Assembly: GCA_943704425.1 (NCBI GenBank)
Contig: CALSCP010002822.1
Span: 10,113-74,112, forward strand
DNA length: 64,000 bases
Source of the DNA: Ministeria vibrans ATCC 50519
Lineage: Eukaryota; Protista; Filasterea
Reading direction: 5' to 3'
Position numbers and translations under genes: made by a program. Positions 56,797-64,000 of this stretch are shown here, piece after piece (the stretch's first letter is position 1; each line of letters starts with the position of its first letter). Below the pieces are notes generated by a model, which saw only the letters and a list, made by a program, of their open reading frames with translations, made no database searches and was not told where the DNA came from.

Positions 56797-58836
56797 TTAC
56801 GACTTTGGATGAATAGTCGTGAAGGGGTCACAACCTCGAATTTCATCGGGCGGAGTGTCACGGAAGACATCGGTAAAAGCCTCTTCCAAAGGGGGCTCAG
56901 GAGCGGATTGGGCATGTGCAACTGCCTCGTCCACGACCGCACGCACTGCCTTCTCAATGGCCTACATGTGTGAAAGTGTGTGTGTGTGTATGAGTGGATG
57001 AGTATTTGAGTGAGTGTGTGTGTGTGTATGGGTGTATGAGTATGAAAGTGGGTGTGTGTAGTGAGACTTAATAATGTGGGGGGAGTGTGGTTACCTTGAG
57101 CTCTTCGGGGGTCCCGAGTTCTGCCTTAATGATCTTGTCGCGCACTGCTGCAATAGGATCGCGTGACGAGCGCGTCTCCTGCACTTCAGACCGAGGACTA
57201 AAAATGAAGATAGTGAGTCAGTCTGTAAGTAAGAGAGAGCGCTAACCGGTAGGTTGTTCCAGGGTCGCTCATGGAATGGCCACCGTAACGGTACGTGACC
57301 ATTTCCATCAACAGGGGACCGTTTCCATTGCGCGCATAGTCAAAGGCAAATCGACACGCCTCACGCACCGCAAGCACATCCATTCCATCCACCTGACAAG
57401 TGTACAAGAGAAATGAGAGTGAGAGGGAGTCATACTGAGTGAGTGTGAGGGACGTACGCGAATTCCAGGGACATAATCACCGCGCGTGTAAAAGTCGCCT
57501 GAGGCGGCGTGGCGGTCGACGCGCGTGCCCATGGCGTAGTTGTTGTTCTCGCAGATGAACACAGCAGGCAGACGCCACAGCTGCGCCATATTGTACGCCT
57601 CAAAGACCTGTCCCTGATTGGCTGCGCCGTCTCCGTACAACGCCACACACACATTCTTCTTGCCCTGGTACTGGTGCGCCAGTGCGACACCCGCTCCTAT
57701 TGGTACCTGTGCCCCCACAATGCCGTTTCCACCGTAGAATTCATTCCCGTACGTGTGCATCGATCCTCCTTTGCCCTTCGAACAGCCCGTCTGTCGCCCT
57801 AAAACGTCACTTTTCGCATTAGTTCCATAATAATTATAACTAATTTCTTACCTGTGAGCTCGGAGAGAATCTCCTTGACAGTGTTTCCACGAGTGTACGT
57901 GAATCCGTGCGAGCGGTACGCCGTGATGATACTGTCGCCTTCCTTGAGCGCCGCCTCGATTCCCACTGCCACTGCCTCTTGGCCGCTGTACAAGTGACAG
58001 AAGCCACGGATCTGTTTGTTCTTGTACAGGTCGCCTGCACTCGTTTCCATTCGACGGATCTGCAACACACCACAAAAAACATTAAGAAGATAAAATCAGA
58101 AAAGACACACAAAAAACATTAAGAAGATAAAGTCAAAATCAGAAAAGACACACAAAAAACATTAAGAAGATAAAGTCAAAAAAGACACACAAAAAACATT
58201 AAGAAGATAAAGTCAGAAAAGACACACAAAAAACATTAAGAAGAAGATAAACTCACAAAAGACTCACATAAAAAAAAACGTGTGGAGGTTTACCGTTGCC
58301 ATCGTTTCAAAGTACTCTAGGAGCTCCTCACGGGTCGCTGACGCTGTCGTGGATATGCACCCGTCCTCCAGACGATGGAGAATGGCCGGGCTCTATGTAT
58401 GCATCGAGTGAGTGAGTGAGTGAGTGAGTGAGTGAGAGACAGACAGACAGAGAAGTGAATGAGGGATGAGCAAAAAAATTTACTCCTCTCCACACGAAAA
58501 AAAAAGGCCAAGAGACACACATGTTGGGCATGCAGCAGGCCAGCGGGTGCGTAGCGGGTCGACTAGGACCAGAGGCACCGCGGTGCAGGGAGATACGAGC
58601 GATTTCCAGCCGTTTTGAGAGCGAGAGGAAAGAAATCATGCAGAGACACATACCAGAGGAAACTCGACTGGTTGGGACGCAGACGACGACGCACACCGCC
58701 CGGGAAGCTGGGCTGAGGCGCCAAGGGATCGTGCGGGAGCCTAGTGGTGTCCAGTGATGGGATGAGATGACAATGAGAATATTTTTTGGAAATGAGTTCG
58801 TACGTAGCATCTCGAGAGTAGCCGAAAAGACGACAT
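56797..58836 (-). CDS. PDHA1: Pyruvate dehydrogenase E1 alpha, mitochondrial
   Basis: Transit peptide [11 protein letters not shown]; [19 protein letters not shown]; [13 protein letters not shown]; [11 protein letters not shown]; [10 protein letters not shown]; [13 protein letters not shown]. Confidence 0.98.
58071..58255. repeat. Intronic minisatellite (~5 copies of AAAAGACACACAAAAAACATTAAGAAGATAAA)
   Basis: Directly visible tandem units in a PDHA1 intron. Confidence 0.9.
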
Positions 58837-59044
58837 GATATTGTCTTGAATGTCTAGACAGAGAGACAGACGACGAAGGAAGGAGGAATTATGAGTATTT
58901 GTTGAGCGTTTGATCAAACGTGAATATCAAATTAAAATTTAGATTTTTTTATAGCGTTCCATTAGTGAGATCTTAGCGCTAGATCCTCACAATTATTCAG
59001 TGTGTAACCATTGTAGTATCAAAAGAAAATACAAGCAACAAAAA

Positions 59045-62000
59045 ATGCGAAGAGACTGTGCACTGGCGATGGCAATGGCCCTTTTTGTCCACTCTGTTGC
59101 AGGCGCCACAGCAGCCTCAGCGACCCGTGCCGTGTCCGAAGCGGGGCATGCTGCGACCACCAACGCCTCACTGTCCGCCGTGACGCCCGCCGAAGAGTAT
59201 GGCACATCACAGAGAGGATTGTTTTCCCTTTTGACTCCAACAATATACTCTCGCGCGCTCTCCTCGTGCCGCTACCACTCCACTGCCGCCCACCCCACCC
59301 ACTGTCAGCGAGGCTCCTCCGGTTGGCATACGCCACTCGACATGCATATTAAACGGATATTCACCGCACACTACGACTGATTGGAATCGACCAGATCTGC
59401 AAAATGGAAATTAATCATCTCTTGTCGTCTGTTGCAGTGACTCTGAGCTCCACGGCGCCTACGCTGTCAGTCTGATTCTTCTTGTGCTTGGTACGAAGCA
59501 GAGTAGACGGCTGCTTCTGCTGCTGCTGCCGTGACACTCTCCTCTAATGATCTTCTGTGTCTTGCAGGTGTTTCATCGTGTTGTGTCTATGCGCTGATCA
59601 AGTTCCACTTTCATTACCTTCCTGAGTCGGTCGCCGTTGTCTTTGTCGGTATCTCCTTACGCATGCATTGCAATATGAATGTCGTGCGCGTGTACTGAAG
59701 CTGTCGATCTTTTCTTTTTTGTGTCAGGTGCTCTTGTGGGAATCATTTTGCGTTATGGGGTGACCGGAAACTGGGCAGTACGTTTTCTCCTTTTAAAATG
59801 GTCTCTATTTATGTTCATGGTGTGTGTAGAGGGAAGAGTCGATGGACCCGACAACCTTCTTTATTGTGCTTTTACCGCCCATTATCTTCGAATCAGGCTA
59901 CAACATTCACAAGGTACACAGCGAATTCTTCACTAATGATGATGATCATGTCTTTCCTTATTAATCACGTCTTATAGGGAAATTTTTTCCGAAACATTGG
60001 GAGTATTACAGTCTTTGCGGTGTTTGGGACAATCATCAGTGCGGTTGTGATTGCGCTGGCGCTGTACCTCCTTGGTGTGGCAGGTGTGTCATCGCCGCTG
60101 ACGCTCCTTGAGGCCTTCACCTTTGGCTCGCTCATCAGTGCGGTTGATCCAGTGGCAACGTTGGCCATTTTTGGAGCGATTGATGTTGATCCGACGCTGA
60201 ATATGCTGGTGTTTGGCGAGAGTGTGTTGAATGATGCAGTGTCCATTGTGCTTGTGCGCACAGTCGTCCAGTTTGCTGATACTCCCGTCTCAGGTAAAAG
60301 AACAAAAATAATGCGTGTTTGTCGTGTCGTGTCTGTCAGAGAGTCATTGATTTGCAGTTTGTTGCCTTGTATTACGTCTCTCATGCTCATAAAATCCACT
60401 TGCCATCTGCACTCTACCATGCCCACCCTCTGTTTCTTACTCAATCACATCGCTTTCTTTCCTGATAATAATTTTTGTTTTTTCCAACGCTTTGTTTCTC
60501 TATCACTTTGTTTCCATCTTTGTCACTTTGGTTTTTGTTGTATTTCTCTCTAACACTTTGTTTCCATCTTTGTCACTTTGTTTCCACCTTTTGTCACTTT
60601 GTTCTTTGTTTTTCTCTAACACTTTTGTTTTTCGCTCTATCACTTTGTTTCTCACTTTGCTTTTTATCCCTCCTTTCTCTTCCTTTTTCAGGAGGCATGA
60701 TCCTTCTCGCGTGCGGCAAGTTTCTTGTGCTGTTTCTGGGCAGTGCGGCCATTGGTGTCATATTTGCTCTCGCCACATCTCTTTTTTTCAAACACATTGC
60801 ATTCCGCTCTGTGCCCTCCATTGAGTTCTCTATTGTCATTATGAGTGCCTACTTCCCGTTTGTCTTTGCTGAGGCACTCCAGCTGAGTGGCATTATGGCC
60901 ATTCTCTTTGCTGGAATGACAATGGCGCACTATCTCCATTTCAATCTCTCTCCAACGACTCAAATCACCGCTCAAGCCGTAAGTCTCATGTGTGTGTGTG
61001 TGTGTCTATCACTGATTTGCAAACACTTCTCTCTCTATGTGTAGACATTTCGCTCAATTGCGTACTTGGCTGAAACAGCCGTTTTTGCCTATCTCGGAAT
61101 GGCCATTTTCAGTTTCAACCATAACTTCTCACTCTCTTTCACTGTCTGGTAACGACACACACAAAACCCACACACTTTTGTTTATGTCACTATTTTTCCG
61201 TTGCACATGTACCACCCACTGTGGATCTGTGCTATTCGCTGTGACTCCTGTCACTTGCAATCGACCTGTCACTCAATGTGTGTCTTTGATATGTTTTACT
61301 CTTTCTCTATCTATCCCACTGTGTCATTTTAGGAGCATTGTTCTGTGTCTGATTGCACGCGCTGCAAACGTTTTCCCTCTGACTGCGATTGTGAACCGGT
61401 TCCGTCAGACGAAAATCAGTGGCAAATTTCAATTCATTATGTGGTTCAGTGGGCTGAGAGGAGCGATTGCATTTGTACTGTCAATGGATTTGTCACTGAA
61501 GGTCTTTACGGAGGAAACACGCTCAATGCTTATTACGTCGACTCTGGCCATTGTGCTCTTCACAATATTGGTGTTGGGTGGAGCAACGTTCCCCCTGATT
61601 AAGGTGTGTCTTGACGCTTGGTGTGTATCTGTGTGGGATGAGATGGATTTGTGTCGTGACTGATATGACTCATTGTGATTGTGTGTGATTGTGATGTGAT
61701 TGACATGGGCATTTTGTGTAGATGATTGGAGGACACGACGACAGAGTCGTAGGGAAAACACAGGATATGGTAATCTTTGTCGTTCTGACTTTCTTGTCTC
61801 TAATTCTCATGTTGACTTTAATTTGTTTATTTCTTTTTTTTTTAAAAAAAAATGGAAACAGGGCAATCCTGTTGACATAAGCGACATTGAGGCGGAGGAG
61901 AGGCGACAGAGTGTGCGTAGCACGTCGTGGTTCGAGCGTATTGACAAGAAGTATATGATTCCCTTCTTTCGACGTGTCCTGACCACTCAGGACTTGCGGG

Positions 62001-62230
62001 AAGCGCGCATTGAGCTGCAGCAGCTGCGCACAAACTGGTACAGTGCATTGCCACATGATGCAGAGGAGTTGGCGCAGTTGGAGGAGATGGATCATCTGCG
62101 TGACAGGAGAAACGAAGATGGAGGAGGCAGCGAAACTACGGGCGAAGAGCTGACGACCGTTGTCGATGAGATGAGCCCCGCGCCGCGACGGTCTTCATCA
62201 GAGCCAATAAGAAAGAGAGCCGATGACTGA
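59045..62230 (+). CDS. SLC9A8: Na+/H+ exchanger, NHE8-like
   Basis: Signal peptide; HYLPESVAVVFVG; LLPPIIFESGY; FGSLISAVDPVATLAIF; VFGESVLNDAVSIVL; MWFSGLRGAIAF; C-term FERIDKKYMIPFFRRVLTTQDL. Confidence 0.93.
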
Positions 62231-62321
62231 ATAAATATGAGTGACTGATATGAAAAAATGGAAACAATTCATTGGAATAGATCAAATTGATTTCAAAATT
62301 TCAATTTTCACAAAATTTGTA

Positions 62322-63393
62322 ATGTTCTCCCGCTTGACTAGTCGGTTGCCACTGTCCTTGGGGGCATTGGGTCGACGCAGTCTGTCGGTGCCGGCAAAGG
62401 CTGGTACCTCCGATGGACCAAGTGAGTTTTACAATTCGTCTCATTCGTCTCATTCGTCTCATCGCTCCCCTCCCTCCGCGTGTAGCATTCAAGGACTTCC
62501 TGAATGCCAACAATGGAGGCAGTGCTGCCGTGCCTGATGCGCTGCCGGTGCCCTACCTGCACGCAATGCGGTCGTCGCCGGGTGCCGTCTACTTTGACGT
62601 GTATGGCTGCCAGATGAATGTCTCAGACGCGGAGGTCGTCTGGGCCATTCTCGAACGCGACGGCTATTCTCGTAGCGACACGCCCGACGAGGTAAGACAC
62701 AGGACAGAGCGCGCGCGTCAACGGATGTGTGTTTCACCTGGCAGGCGGACGTGATTCTTGCTGTGACCTGTGCCATTCGAGAGAAGGCGGAGGATCGAGT
62801 GTGGCAGCGGCTCACAGACTACCGCAACATCAAGAAGCGTCGCGGGGGAAACGTGCGCATTGGGGTGCTTGGGTGCATGGCAGAGCGGCTGAAGGTAAAC
62901 GCCATGCGGAGCAGTTGCGCGTACTGAAACGCTTGTTTGTGTGTCTGGCCCAGTCGAAATTATTGGAATCGGATCGAATGGTTGATGTGGTCGTTGGCCC
63001 AGACGGTACACCTATAGCGCCTGAAAAAAAAGAAGAGATTGGCGGGTGATCTGAACAATATCGCCTGTAGCGTATCGGGATTTGCCGCGACTGCTTTCGG
63101 AAGCGGAAGGAGGACAATCGGGCGTCAACGTTCAACTGTCACTGGAAGAGACATATGCTGACATCACACCGGTGCGACTGCACTCGGACAACCGGGGTGC
63201 ATATGTGAGCATTATGCGTGGGTGCGACAACATGTGTTCGTACTGTATTGTGCCTTTTACGCGCGGGAGAGAGCGATCCAGGCCCATTGATAGTATATTG
63301 AGAGAGGTATGAAGAAAGAGAATTATCACTGTCTCTCTGTCACTGTGTGTGTATGCATGTGCATGTCTTTGTGCATGTCTTTGTATGTATGTA

Positions 63394-63433
<40 letters not shown>

Positions 63434-63904
63434 GAGTCTGATTTCTGACATTGTGGGTATAGGTTGAACAATTGAGTGCAATGGGCGTTCGCGAAGTGAC
63501 TCTGTTGGGCCAAAATGTCAATTCGTATCGAGACACTTCTCAAATTGTGTCAAAGAAGAAGAGTGAAAGTGAGGCAGTGGAGACAGTCGAAACGGCCAAA
63601 GGATTCTCAACGGTCTATCGCCCAAAACGCAAAAGTGAGACGCTTCTCTTTGCGGATCTGCTCAAATCAGTAAAGAAAAATGAGTGAAGAGAGCGAGAGA
63701 GAAAGATTAAGAATTAATATTTTTCAGGTGGCACAAATTGACAGTGAAATGCGGATTCGGTTTACGTCCCCTCACCCAAAGGATTTTCATGACGATGTGT
63801 TGAAAGTGATCCGGTAAGGCAAGAGCGAAAGAGAGAAAGCGCGCGAGAGACTGAGATCCTGCTAGAGTGAGTGAGTGACCGATTTACTTCGTGTATGTGT
63901 GTGT

Positions 63905-64000
<96 letters not shown>
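62322..64000 (+). CDS. CDK5RAP1: Mitochondrial tRNA methylthiotransferase (MiaB-type radical SAM), truncated at the right edge
   Basis: YGCQMNVSD; TCAIREKAE; [12 protein letters not shown]; [25 protein letters not shown]; LLGQNVNSY; [12 protein letters not shown]. Confidence 0.97.
63919..64000. repeat. (GA)n microsatellite in an intron
   Basis: Directly visible. Confidence 0.97.

Noticed and set aside
58071-58255. Possible CRISPR-like array (also 49005-49345)
   Set aside because: Tandem units lack unique spacers, lie in introns of eukaryotic genes, and there are no cas genes.

Overview
Gene-dense, intron-containing eukaryotic DNA with GT-AG introns rich in microsatellites and three small N-gaps. 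It is probably a unicellular opisthokont/holozoan-like protist, inferred from animal-like MED13, clathrin light chain, RAD51B and NHE8. About 22 protein genes, mostly in tight divergent/convergent pairs. Recognisable genes: Raptor, clathrin light chain, V-ATPase G, MED13, MAT1, legumain, a nitrilase-family amidase, ORC5, an SLC36-type amino-acid transporter, TELO2, VTI1, RAD51B, a GILT-like reductase, PDH E1-alpha, NHE8 and CDK5RAP1/MiaB. The standout is a single spliced gene at 31702-42563 (+), ~3,430 aa, which the ORF track splits into four ORFs. Phase-compatible introns join them into: caspase-like(C14)-ANK-TPR-LRR-Roc-COR-NB-ARC-Roc-COR-caspase-like(C14). This double-ROCO/NLR hybrid has a protease at each end and is a candidate self-contained immune/cell-death switch. 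Other unusual fusions: a myristoylated tandem pseudo-alpha/beta-hydrolase + PKA-like kinase; a FYVE protein with a toxin ART/TNT-like domain; and an SCP2-FYVE-ABC1 kinase-beta-lactamase protein. All calls come from motif recognition by eye; no searches were run.
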